NCBI GenBank assembly: GCA_020718085.1
Contig: DYDB01000001.1
Coordinates: forward strand, 329,575 to 388,770
DNA: 59,196 nucleotides
Source: Micavibrio sp.
Lineage (GTDB): Bacteria; Patescibacteriota; Minisyncoccia; Moranbacterales; GCA-2747515
Reading direction: 5' to 3'
Shown: piece after piece, positions 29,913 through 39,325 of the stretch
Position numbering within the stretch: position 1 is the first letter of the stretch
Layout: every line of letters begins with the position of its first letter
Translations under genes and position numbers: made by a program
The notes under the pieces: model-generated
What the model saw: only the letters and a program-made list of their open reading frames with translations
What the model was told of the DNA's origin: nothing
Database searches by the model: none

Positions 29913-30488
29913 CTAGATCATTAAATGCAATTCTTTTCCAATGTGTTCCAAATCATGCACCAAAGGATTTTCTTGCCATGTGTCGATAATTGCCTCGATC
30001 ACTTTGATATATTGATTGATCAATACTTCTTTCGGTGCTGCAAAGTGCATAAATATTGTATCGCCATTTCTTGCATGATCATCGATCAATTCCGTGTAAT
30101 TAGCGATCACATCCGCAGATTTTACAAGCAATGATTCATGTGAAAAACTCGGAATATGCGCCAAAGCTTGCGCTTTCCGCTCCTCCCATGGCAATGTCTT
30201 ATCTGTCTCTGTGACACTATGCACGATCATTGCCACACGCGTACCAAACCGTTCATTGAGCATGTCATATGTGACTTTTTTTTCTTCAATGCTATCCTCG
30301 ATCGTATCATGCAATATACCGGCAATCACCACATCTTCCTCCGCACCAACACGTGCAAGAATGATCCCTACCGCCAAAGGATGTGTGATATATGCCACAT
30401 TTTTTCCTTTACGCACTTGTTTTTGATAGACATCGTGTGTCTTGATTGCAAATTTAATCGCTTTTTGCATTTTTTGTGTATAGATCAT
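29913..30488 (-). CDS. HD-domain phosphohydrolase (SpoT/Mesh1-like small hydrolase)
   Basis: YITHPLAVGIILA...ILHDTIEDS (the H..HD..ED signature). Confidence 0.8.
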   Translation of the reverse strand: MIYTQKMQKAIKFAIKTHDVYQKQVRKGKNVAYITHPLAVGIILARVGAEEDVVIAGILHDTIEDSIEEKKVTYDMLNERFGTRVAMIVHSVTETDKTLPWEERKAQALAHIPSFSHESLLVKSADVIANYTELIDDHARNGDTIFMHFAAPKEVLINQYIKVIEAIIDTWQENPLVHDLEHIGKELHLMI

Positions 30489-30506
30489 ATATACAATATT
30501 ATATAA

Positions 30507-31337
30507 TTACATCTGATCATGTTGCCTGATCAATGTAGAAAAGTTCTCATCTGACGGCATTACACGATCATTGTTCACGCGATAATATACTTTCATCTCA
30601 TCAAAAGATCTGTCATGCGGGATCAGATTCATTTCATACAATACTTCATCGGCAAATCCCGGCAAGATCATACGATATGTGAAAGGAAAAGATACGTCAG
30701 ATATTTCTTCCACACGACGCGTAATGACATTTGTGCAATTATTGAAGATCGTATTATAAAAAACCGGGGCGTCATAAATTGCATTTATATCCTGTATCAA
30801 TAGAAGCAATAACTGCTTCGATCGTTGTGGCGTTGCAACTGTCGGATAAATATACACGCGCTCTTTACGCACGTGCGTACGCAGACCGATAATATCTCGT
30901 TCTGAACCGACAACATAGATCACCTCAAATTGACGCAATAATCCGAGCCACGGAGAAAATTTTTCTCCTTTTTCACGCCGCGTCTCCACCGAAATTACCA
31001 TGTTTTCCCCTTCTTGAAATCGAAAGCTCACAAAAATATGTGCCATACCCTCAAAATCGTCAAAGTGAGAAATGACCACATCCATGCCGATTAACTGCGC
31101 AAGATCAAATTCTGCCGTACGATACGTAATATCCACAGTTCCATCTTCATGCCATGAGAAATCACGAAAGTTTTCTACAGTTACACGTTCACCATCCATT
31201 TTAAAAGACGGCAATTTCTCTTGCCCCAGCTCCCAATCACGATCATGATGCGGGTGCTGCAAAAAAATAAAAACACATAACGCCAAAAGACATGTGCCCA
31301 AAAAACTGCCAATGATCACCCAGGTATTTTTCTTCAC
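30507..31337 (-). CDS. DUF4105 domain protein
   Basis: N-terminal TM. HDRDWELGQEKLP...VENFRDFSW...HIFVSFRF...SVETRREKGEKFS...FNNCTN fits DUF4105. Confidence 0.75.
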   Translation of the reverse strand: MKKNTWVIIGSFLGTCLLALCVFIFLQHPHHDRDWELGQEKLPSFKMDGERVTVENFRDFSWHEDGTVDITYRTAEFDLAQLIGMDVVISHFDDFEGMAHIFVSFRFQEGENMVISVETRREKGEKFSPWLGLLRQFEVIYVVGSERDIIGLRTHVRKERVYIYPTVATPQRSKQLLLLLIQDINAIYDAPVFYNTIFNNCTNVITRRVEEISDVSFPFTYRMILPGFADEVLYEMNLIPHDRSFDEMKVYYRVNNDRVMPSDENFSTLIRQHDQM

Positions 31338-31456
31338 AAGCTAAATTAATATTTCCTATAATTACAGTGTATGCTTCCCCAGATAATTGTGCAACAGAAA
31401 GAGAAAATCATTCATCCATAAATGCAGTTTAAGTACTTTATGAGGAACGTAAAAAA

Positions 31457-31726
31457 TTATTTCTTTACGAAGCCACTTTCCACATGCCATCCGCCATCCG
31501 GACATTTTTCGCCAAAAGTAACTGCACATGCAACGGGTTCCAGAAACTCATTTGTCGCATGACCAATCGCAACATGTTTATCGATCCGATGTTTTCCACA
31601 CGTACAATGTGTGATCACGTAGTTCACTTGCGAATCGATCTTCCTATGATCGCCTCCGCAGTGATGCACACTATGCATACCACTATCGTGATGGATGTGA
31701 TGAAACAATGAAAGTATGTCTGACAT
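31457..31726 (-). CDS. His/Cys-rich small protein (89 aa)
   Basis: The internal ATG at 31726 (MSDILSLFHHIHHDSGMHSVHHCGGDH...) avoids overlap with the upstream gene. Likely metal-binding. Confidence 0.45.
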   Translation of the reverse strand: MSDILSLFHHIHHDSGMHSVHHCGGDHRKIDSQVNYVITHCTCGKHRIDKHVAIGHATNEFLEPVACAVTFGEKCPDGGWHVESGFVKK

Positions 31727-31824
31727 AGGTGTTGTAATAATATATATACTAACTATAGCAAATATTTTTTTAGACTCAAATGGTAAGGCACTTTGACAAT
31801 ATTCTGTCAAAGTGCCTAAATGGT

Positions 31825-32637
31825 TCATTGTATATCCAACGCGCTACAAAAGCCTTTTTTCTTCCTGTTGATAATTTCCTCAGGAAGATATTCTTTTGCG
31901 ATGTGTCGCAGTGGCATTTTGCTTGTATCAAATGTTGTGCGACTGTCTAGCGGGATCCTCGCAATATACGTCACGACCTTTATCTGCAAATACGGTAAGG
32001 TCACTTGCACACAGAAATGACATGACTTTCTCTCGAGGGGAATGAGATGTTCCTCTGGCAATCTCTTCCACAGATCTTGAAAGGCTCGTTCTTTTTCCAA
32101 TAGCGTTTCATGTTTACGGTGTTCCCAATACCCACCCAATAATTCATCGATTCCATCGTGTGCAATGGCACTGAGGAATCCATACGCGGAAATGTGTTGA
32201 TAAGTCAAAAATACCGCAACATCACCCAGAGAACATGGCTCATCCTTCCACAGAGTGTGCAAATGATCTTGCACCTCCTTGATTAATTGTGGACTAGGGA
32301 TCAGTTCATGATGAATTGTCTTAAAACGTTGGGAAGCAATACGTGCAAACTGTATATCTGGCGTGTCTTCTCCTCTTCCCGTTGTGAATGTATGGATCGG
32401 GATCTGATATCCCAATATTTCACGCAACTTTGCCAGACAAAATGAGGAATCCAATCCGCCCGATAATGTCGTGCAGATCATACCATCATTACACCTTAAA
32501 TTCTCCAGTGCACAACTTACGATAGCATTCGTCAAAATTTCCTCAAGTTTTTCATGACTCCATTTTGACGGTTTTCTGACTATCGGAAATGCCATGACAT
32601 CTCTCCAACCATTTGGCCTCATCATTTTCACCTCCAC
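31825..32637 (-). CDS. asparagine-synthase-like PP-loop ATP pyrophosphatase (synthetase domain only)
   Basis: 270 aa. The PP-loop TTLSGGLDSSFCLA sits about 55 aa from the N-terminus, as in the AsnB C-domain. There is no glutaminase domain. Confidence 0.65.
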   Translation of the reverse strand: MEVKMMRPNGWRDVMAFPIVRKPSKWSHEKLEEILTNAIVSCALENLRCNDGMICTTLSGGLDSSFCLAKLREILGYQIPIHTFTTGRGEDTPDIQFARIASQRFKTIHHELIPSPQLIKEVQDHLHTLWKDEPCSLGDVAVFLTYQHISAYGFLSAIAHDGIDELLGGYWEHRKHETLLEKERAFQDLWKRLPEEHLIPLERKSCHFCVQVTLPYLQIKVVTYIARIPLDSRTTFDTSKMPLRHIAKEYLPEEIINRKKKGFCSALDIQ

Positions 32638-32723
32638 CCGTGTGATTTGATTGAATAATTGTTAAAAAATCTATCGTCGCATTATACAATACAATTTATT
32701 TACTGTCAATATTTTTATCTAAC

Positions 32724-32761
32724 TAAAAAAAGAGCCCAACAAGATATAGATCTCGTTGGGC
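32724..32761 (-). terminator. terminator downstream of 32778..33128
   Basis: Minus strand gcccaac-...-gttgggc followed by tcttttttt. Confidence 0.7.
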
Positions 32762-32777
32762 CCTAAGCAATGCGACC

Positions 32778-33128
32778 TTATTCATTTTGCGCATTTTGCT
32801 GCAACAATTCCTTTGCTTTGAAGCTGGCAAATCCCCTGTTTCGCGGTGATACTACAGGGAGATCTATAACAGGTTCTGTCTCACTTATGTAGACACTGCC
32901 ATCCTCATTCATGTATCGATCATCCTCTTTGTTTGTGACGATTCCACCCCGAAGATCATTGATCTCGGTTCTTTGGTGAATGGATCCGTATGCCCCATTT
33001 GGCAAAACAATGCCACCAAGATTTCGCCCATCGACACGGAATCCACCAATTGATACACCTTCAGCCGCAGAAGTATCAAAAGAAAAGATCACGTGTGCCA
33101 ACACCATAAGAATTGTCAATATTCTCAT
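32778..33128 (-). CDS. small secreted protein
   Basis: 116 aa with signal peptide MRILTILMVLAHVIFSFDTSAA. Confidence 0.55.
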   Translation of the reverse strand: MRILTILMVLAHVIFSFDTSAAEGVSIGGFRVDGRNLGGIVLPNGAYGSIHQRTEINDLRGGIVTNKEDDRYMNEDGSVYISETEPVIDLPVVSPRNRGFASFKAKELLQQNAQNE

Positions 33129-33327
33129 CTTTTAGCCTCTTTTTTGAGTTAATGAATATGTGAAATGTAAAATAACCGTAAACGACTATTGTACATCTAA
33201 ATTGATGTTTTGTCAATGCTTTTCCTTATCACCCTTTTCATAAAGAAATGCTATTTGATAAAACAAATTGAAATTCCATGATAAAATCAATCTATACAAA
33301 AAATAAATTATAAATACTTACAATAAA

Positions 33328-34773
33328 ATGAAATGTGAAACTTTTGATCCGAGAAACTACAAAAGCATCTCAGATATACCAAAGCCGTTGCAAAAGAACT
33401 TTGCAAACACTCTGGATGATACTGGTTTTGTAAGAAAAGAGGTGTCTGAAGCCGATGCCCAATCTCAAAAAATAGCAAGGAGACGTGAAACTCTAGCCAA
33501 AGAAAATTTTGGTCGAGAGGAAGAATTCGATCCGATGGATATCACTCATGAGAAAAGCCTGAAAGAACATGAGGTCATTGAAAATACATATCAAATGAAG
33601 ATCACAGAGCTTGAAGCAAGCCTAGGTCAGTCATTGAGCGATGAGGCTAAAAAAGAAATATATCAGCAGATCTATGCAAAACATACTGACGAAACAATCA
33701 CACATGAAGAAAATAAGATGAGGACAGAGGAGCAAGCGGTCTATAAAAATGAATTAATCTTGCAAAGATCTCGCGATATATTAAAAATTCCCGAGGAACA
33801 ATTACACGAAATGCCCGAAGCTGCAAGACTCCAACTACTAGAAGAATTATCTTGGAACTTATTTGCAGACAAAGATTCCGACAGTTATCCGGAAGAAGTC
33901 TTGGACGCAATTTCTCACATATATAAAACATACACACCAAGTGAAACATTGCAATTATCTCATAAAAATGCCAATGGTAATGTTTTGGATAAAATTGGAG
34001 ATGAAAACTTTCTCAGTCTAGAAAAAATGTGGGAAAACTCAGTTGAGAATGAAAGAATGGAAATTTGCAAAGAATGGGTCAAATCGTTGTGCGTGGAATA
34101 TAACATGCCGGAGATACCTGTCGAATTTCATCCACGTGTAGGAGATTCTACTATCAGTGCTCAATATAATCTTGGTGGCGGACCAGATAAACTGGGAGCT
34201 ATTGCACTGTTTGGGGATATAAACTATAGCACCCTCAATCAGATCTTCCCCCGATTATCACACGAGACAGGACACGCTTTTCAAGAAGCACTTCAAAAGA
34301 ACATCGTCGATGGCACACCCTATCAACGTGATCTGAGATGGTTTGACGTTTCAAAAAAATGGGATGGAAGTGAATTTGATAAAAAAAGTTTTCAAGCATC
34401 ACATAAAAGATATTTATCTCTTCCCAAAGAAAATGATACACACCTGTTACAAGATTGGACTTCTCAAAAAATATCACAAAAATTGGAAGATCATAAAAAT
34501 AGAAAACTACACGAAGCCGGATTGTCCGATATCGAAATCATAAATTTGCAAGAAAAGATTGCACGATGGGCAAATAATTTCTTGATCTCCCACACAGAAA
34601 TAAACGGCGATGACTTAGTAAAAATTGCGCAAGAAAAATTAACAAACAGAGGTCCCACACTTATTGAACAATGGTTCAAAGGAAAAACCGGAGACGAATG
34701 TCGGGAGATAGTCAAAGACCTTTTCGAATCCGCAGAAAATGCTCGCAGAACCTTGGAAGAAGAACGTACATAA
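33328..34773 (+). CDS. hypothetical protein with HExxH motif (possible zinc metallopeptidase)
   Basis: 481 aa. The N-terminal half is Glu/Lys-rich and helical. SHETGHAFQEA lies in the C-terminal half. No SD is visible, so the start is uncertain. Confidence 0.5.
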   Translation: MKCETFDPRNYKSISDIPKPLQKNFANTLDDTGFVRKEVSEADAQSQKIARRRETLAKENFGREEEFDPMDITHEKSLKEHEVIENTYQMKITELEASLGQSLSDEAKKEIYQQIYAKHTDETITHEENKMRTEEQAVYKNELILQRSRDILKIPEEQLHEMPEAARLQLLEELSWNLFADKDSDSYPEEVLDAISHIYKTYTPSETLQLSHKNANGNVLDKIGDENFLSLEKMWENSVENERMEICKEWVKSLCVEYNMPEIPVEFHPRVGDSTISAQYNLGGGPDKLGAIALFGDINYSTLNQIFPRLSHETGHAFQEALQKNIVDGTPYQRDLRWFDVSKKWDGSEFDKKSFQASHKRYLSLPKENDTHLLQDWTSQKISQKLEDHKNRKLHEAGLSDIEIINLQEKIARWANNFLISHTEINGDDLVKIAQEKLTNRGPTLIEQWFKGKTGDECREIVKDLFESAENARRTLEEERT

Positions 34774-34930
34774 AAATGAAAAGGGCTTCTTGAAATATTC
34801 TTTGGATCATCCTCTACAAACATCAATTATTTATCGACTTTTTCAATCCTCGACCCTGACCTTCCCTTGTCCGTGGTCTTGAGCAACTCTCTACTTCATA
34901 GTATTTTATTCTGCCTGCAAAAATCCATAG

Positions 34931-34972
34931 AAAAAATTAAAACCCACATGCCTTTTTCAAGAACACGTGGGT
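34931..34972 (-). terminator. terminator downstream of 34995..35831
   Basis: Minus strand acccacgtg-...-catgtgggt (one G-U) followed by tttaatttttt. Confidence 0.65.
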
Positions 34973-34994
34973 GTATAGAACAACTCCTTTTACA

Positions 34995-35831
34995 TCAATT
35001 CATTTTTTCTATGGTAAGATCTCCTACTACAGGAATACCATTGTTCCGCAAAAGCTCGGCAACGGATACGAGAAAATTCTGTGTTGATATCAACGCAATA
35101 GACTTATGTTGATAAACACCATTTTCTTCCGTAATATCTTCCAGGATCTTTTCTGTTTCGTACTCATAAGAAACATTGAGATGAACCCCTGCTTCTGTCG
35201 ATAAATCTGCCATACCATATTTGAACAAAAAGTATGGTGGCAACACATCGGTGATCTGGTGTGTGATCTTTTCTGTCAGTTCCGTTTCCCGAAAGATCAA
35301 AACCGCCAACATATGTTTGCGATCCTGTGTGAGTCGAAATTCTACACGAGTTTTCACGCCAAATAATTTTGCAAAAAAATGCTTTTGCACTTTTTGCAGG
35401 GGAGGTGTGATATCATCTGAGAAAAAATATCCCTTGCCATCTTGGCCACCAGAAAAGTGTGCCGGTGGCTTACGCGTATCCCTTTCTCTGATCATGGTGA
35501 CATAGTATTTTGAAGCTGTAACGCAATCCTCACCATTTCCCCACGTCAACGCAAAAAGTAGACTTTTTAGGATCACTTCCCGACGCTCTTTCCTTTTATC
35601 TGCAAAACAATGCTGCCAAAATTCCTTCAGTCTGATGAAATGACGTCGCAATAATTGCATGTTTTCCGGCAAAGACTCATGCAGTCTCTCCAGTTGATGC
35701 ACGCTCTCAGCCATGCCAAACATGCCGAGATAAATGTACCACGTATCCGCATGTCGAATGTCTGAAAGTTCATAGCGCCATGCTTCCAATAATGTTTCCG
35801 CCGCGATGTGATCCAATTCCTCTTGATCCAT
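34995..35831 (-). CDS. hypothetical protein
   Basis: 278-aa ORF with SD AGGGAGA 8 nt before the ATG. No recognisable motif. Confidence 0.6.
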   Translation of the reverse strand: MDQEELDHIAAETLLEAWRYELSDIRHADTWYIYLGMFGMAESVHQLERLHESLPENMQLLRRHFIRLKEFWQHCFADKRKERREVILKSLLFALTWGNGEDCVTASKYYVTMIRERDTRKPPAHFSGGQDGKGYFFSDDITPPLQKVQKHFFAKLFGVKTRVEFRLTQDRKHMLAVLIFRETELTEKITHQITDVLPPYFLFKYGMADLSTEAGVHLNVSYEYETEKILEDITEENGVYQHKSIALISTQNFLVSVAELLRNNGIPVVGDLTIEKMN

Positions 35832-35914
35832 TGTGTGATCTCCCTAAGTTATCGGTCAATGCAGAATTCACCACTATTCTTCTCTTGAAGTTTCTTTTGC
35901 CTTTGACCAAAAGC

Positions 35915-36110
35915 AAAAAAGTGATGCCCCAGCGCTCCTGCGCTCCATCTACGGGGAACTTCTTGGGCCCATCGCTCCTGCGATGTTGCACTTTAATTTG
36001 TTAAAGAGCAGCCTGCGTTTCATGCACCTGCATGTCCCTCCCGGATGATGTGAAGAGAAAATTAATAACAAGACCATTACCAAATTTCTCCCCACATCAA
36101 AAATAATTGA
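35915..36110 (-). ncRNA. GC-rich structured 5' leader or small RNA with repeated GCAGG(A/U)GC hairpins
   Basis: Lies downstream of the promoter at 36118..36146. It has a 14-bp stem (36047..36098) whose two wobble pairs are G-U only on the minus strand. Four hairpins follow at 36021-36034, 35991-36006, 35970-35985 and 35931-35944, then a T6 run. Confidence 0.45.
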
Positions 36111-36117
36111 ATGGTAT

Positions 36118-36146
36118 ATTGTAACAAGAAAAATGCTGATTGTCAA
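36118..36146 (-). promoter_or_regulatory. sigma70-type promoter
   Basis: Minus strand TTGACA, 17-nt spacer, TACAAT. Confidence 0.6.
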
Positions 36147-36209
36147 TCATAAATGGCACATATTCCTCATTAAGATATACGCTATTTCAATAGTGTTTTT
36201 ATTTACATA

Positions 36210-39200
36210 TTATTGAGAATTATTAGTAGATTTTGTATCTAGATTATCTAACGCTTTAGTTAATTTTTCAAAATCATTATAGGACGCTGTGTAGTTGGCG
36301 GTATACACTTTTTCTGAATACATTGTTTCATGTGCAATTTTTTTTACTGCATCTTTATTTACAATCCAATATTCTTTAAGTCGCTCCTCACTCAATAGTT
36401 TTGCAAATTCATCTTTGTTTGGATGAAAATCACCACCACCATTTCTGGTTAGATGACTCATTAAATAATAAACAAAATATCTTACATTCTTTTTTTCATC
36501 ATCAGTAGGTTTAAAACATACTGTAAATAGATAATCCAATATGATCTCTCTTATTTTTCCGCCATCTTCTTCCCCAAATACATCGTAAAAACCACAACCA
36601 ATTCCATGATCAACTTTATCATTACTCAATTGATACAAAATAAAACTTACTACACCATTTTTTATTTTTTCAGTTTCTTCGAATGAATTTATCCCTTCCT
36701 TTGCAAGATATACACTTATATTTTTGACAAATTCACCAAATACGTCAACAGCGCTGAGTTTTTCAGCATCTTCAAATATATTCTTTTGAGAATCAATATA
36801 TCTCTTCTTAAATATCTCAAAACACTTTTGTGATATTTTTCTCATTTCTATCTTTGTCAATTCAACGATCTCACCACCTCTTTTATACTTTTCTTCAACA
36901 GAATGATATCCTAATGCAGAGTAAACATTATAATATTTATCACCCCTATCACTACTACAACACAATCTAAACAGCATCATGTCATATATTCCTAAAATTC
37001 CTTTATCTTCTCTTGACAGATTATCTAGGATTCCATCAAAATCTTTAGTCCCAAATATTTTTTCCGTTATGCCGTTTAGATTATGTATGTCTGTATTGTT
37101 TATACTCTCACCATTTTTATCTCTCCATCCTCTTCTGTTAATCAAATCCATCAAATACAGAATGAGATAAAATCTTAATCCGCCATATCCATTTCGCCAA
37201 TTATCGAGAAGAGAATATTTACTAATATTATCCATTATATATTTGATCAAAGGATCAACGTATTTATTATAGTATTCAATTTTAAAATTATCTTCCAAAA
37301 CTTCTTGCCAAAAACAGTTTAAAAATCTTCTTCTTTTTTCCTCTTCATCAAATTCGATTAGAACTTCAATAATATTAATATTATTTTTCAAAAGTTTTTC
37401 CACCGCATCCTTATAAAAACCGTCTTCATCAAATGGATCTGGCAAATCTCCCTTTATTAACAATTTCAGATACTGTTCTAGCTTCCTTTTTTCACCCGCC
37501 CCGCCTCCATTGTGTGCAGCCCTATAATAATATCCCTCCCTATTATCTTTATTTAGATCAATATTTTTATCCAAAAAAATATCATCCAACAAGAACCTTT
37601 CTTTCTCACCAACTTCCCTCGTGTAATCACAATACTTTTTATCGTTTTTATATCTTGCGAATTCTGCAGATTCTCCAAATTTAGATATTAGTGAAAAAAA
37701 TGGACCCATCCCATCAGTCTCGGTTATATAAATTTTCCTAAATATATTTGGATAATTAACATAAACTAAAACTAACTTTATAAATTCCACTGGATTGAGT
37801 CCATGTATCTTAAAATTAATCTTAGACAATTTATCATTCAATTTAAATATATTTACAATTCTTTTAATTTTTCTAATATCCCCAATATAGTGAGCGTACG
37901 TTTCATATTTTTCCTTTGACAAAAAATCTACATCTATAAGATCTGCCACCCAACGTGCAGTGTCTTTTTCAAAACAATCATCTACAAAGTATTTTTTAAT
38001 GCACTTTCTAATATCATTTCTAGATATCACAAGTGTTTTTTTAACCTGAACAATCTTTTCAAAATATTCGACTATCTTTGAATTATCCACTATTTCATTT
38101 TCGTAATAAACATTTTCAGGAACAATATCACAGATATTAGTAACATCCAACTGACTAGCAGTTATATAATTTTTTGTAATTTTTTTCCTTAAATTAGAAT
38201 GAAATGCATTGATATTCTCAGTATCATAACAAATAATATAGGATATGTTCGGCAATTGAAAACTATCTCGTACAATATTCAAAATGATTTTCACATTTTC
38301 TAGAGAGAGTCTATCAAGATCATCAATAGTAACTATCACCTTTTTGTTAATATATTCCAATTCCTCTCGCAAATTTTTGAAAGCATTATCAACACTATGT
38401 TCATTTTTTACATTTAATTCCCCAAAAAGTGGTAATTTCAATTTTATCCCAGTGATTGATTTAGCATATTGGTATAATCCCAAGCTGACACTAGGTGCAT
38501 AAATCTTTTCGTTTATAGACTTCACTAGATCATTCACGAATCTCTCGAATAAATCGTTACTATTTTTAAAATTAATTGGCTTAAACTCATAGATGATAAT
38601 ATCTTTTTTGTATTTGTTTTTTAAATGTTTTATGCAATATTCCAAATAAGTTGTCTTTCCAATACCCCACGGAGCATCAATTCCAAAAACAATACTCGAA
38701 TCAGAATTATTATTGTAGATTTTATCTGCAAATTTTTCGGCATCATTTTTTATATCAAATAAATCTTCCATTTTATCCGGTTCATCACTAGGAAATAATG
38801 ATTTGCCTCTTTTTGTCTTTATATAAAACCTACTCAGAATTAACACCAGAAATAAAAAGATTACCGTTTTCACATAATCATATTTATCAGAATTATAAAT
38901 ATATATATAAAATGAACTTAGCAATATCACTGCAATAATGTCATATCTTTTCGATTTATAAGCTCTGATAAAATTTTTCCACAAGCAACGTAAAACAACA
39001 AGTGAAAATATAAGTATAAAAATGTATATGATTAAATCAAGGCTGTGTATTAACTCATCAATCTGTTCAAAGTAAGTGTTGCCGCGCGACTCTTTATATA
39101 TGCTATAAATTTCCTTAAATTTGTAAAATATAATCATGAACACATGTCCACATATAATTACTAATGTAGCAATTTTGAAATTGTTAAGTACGTTTTTCTT

Positions 39201-39266
39201 ATAAATTTTAAATTTGTCGCTTTTGAATACTTTTTTCATGCGCTCAAATATATAAATTGCACACAT
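36210..39266 (-). CDS. KAP-family P-loop NTPase with N-terminal transmembrane helices
   Basis: 1018 aa with four hydrophobic helices in the first 150 aa. Walker A FGIDAPWGIGKTTYLEYC and Walker B VIVTIDDLDR are typical of KAP NTPases. An alternative start lies at 39239. GC is much lower than in the neighbours. Confidence 0.8.
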   Translation of the reverse strand: MCAIYIFERMKKVFKSDKFKIYKKNVLNNFKIATLVIICGHVFMIIFYKFKEIYSIYKESRGNTYFEQIDELIHSLDLIIYIFILIFSLVVLRCLWKNFIRAYKSKRYDIIAVILLSSFYIYIYNSDKYDYVKTVIFLFLVLILSRFYIKTKRGKSLFPSDEPDKMEDLFDIKNDAEKFADKIYNNNSDSSIVFGIDAPWGIGKTTYLEYCIKHLKNKYKKDIIIYEFKPINFKNSNDLFERFVNDLVKSINEKIYAPSVSLGLYQYAKSITGIKLKLPLFGELNVKNEHSVDNAFKNLREELEYINKKVIVTIDDLDRLSLENVKIILNIVRDSFQLPNISYIICYDTENINAFHSNLRKKITKNYITASQLDVTNICDIVPENVYYENEIVDNSKIVEYFEKIVQVKKTLVISRNDIRKCIKKYFVDDCFEKDTARWVADLIDVDFLSKEKYETYAHYIGDIRKIKRIVNIFKLNDKLSKINFKIHGLNPVEFIKLVLVYVNYPNIFRKIYITETDGMGPFFSLISKFGESAEFARYKNDKKYCDYTREVGEKERFLLDDIFLDKNIDLNKDNREGYYYRAAHNGGGAGEKRKLEQYLKLLIKGDLPDPFDEDGFYKDAVEKLLKNNINIIEVLIEFDEEEKRRRFLNCFWQEVLEDNFKIEYYNKYVDPLIKYIMDNISKYSLLDNWRNGYGGLRFYLILYLMDLINRRGWRDKNGESINNTDIHNLNGITEKIFGTKDFDGILDNLSREDKGILGIYDMMLFRLCCSSDRGDKYYNVYSALGYHSVEEKYKRGGEIVELTKIEMRKISQKCFEIFKKRYIDSQKNIFEDAEKLSAVDVFGEFVKNISVYLAKEGINSFEETEKIKNGVVSFILYQLSNDKVDHGIGCGFYDVFGEEDGGKIREIILDYLFTVCFKPTDDEKKNVRYFVYYLMSHLTRNGGGDFHPNKDEFAKLLSEERLKEYWIVNKDAVKKIAHETMYSEKVYTANYTASYNDFEKLTKALDNLDTKSTNNSQ

Positions 39267-39325
39267 ATTACTTTTTGTATATAAAAATTCACTTAGAGAA
39301 TGACATTTTAATAACGTTGCAAAAT

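Noticed and set aside
35770-36146. Three overlapping 65-74-aa ORFs on both strands
   Set aside because: They overlap each other within the GC-rich hairpin region, lack SDs and are Arg/Gly/Ser/Pro-rich. The region is better explained as structured RNA.
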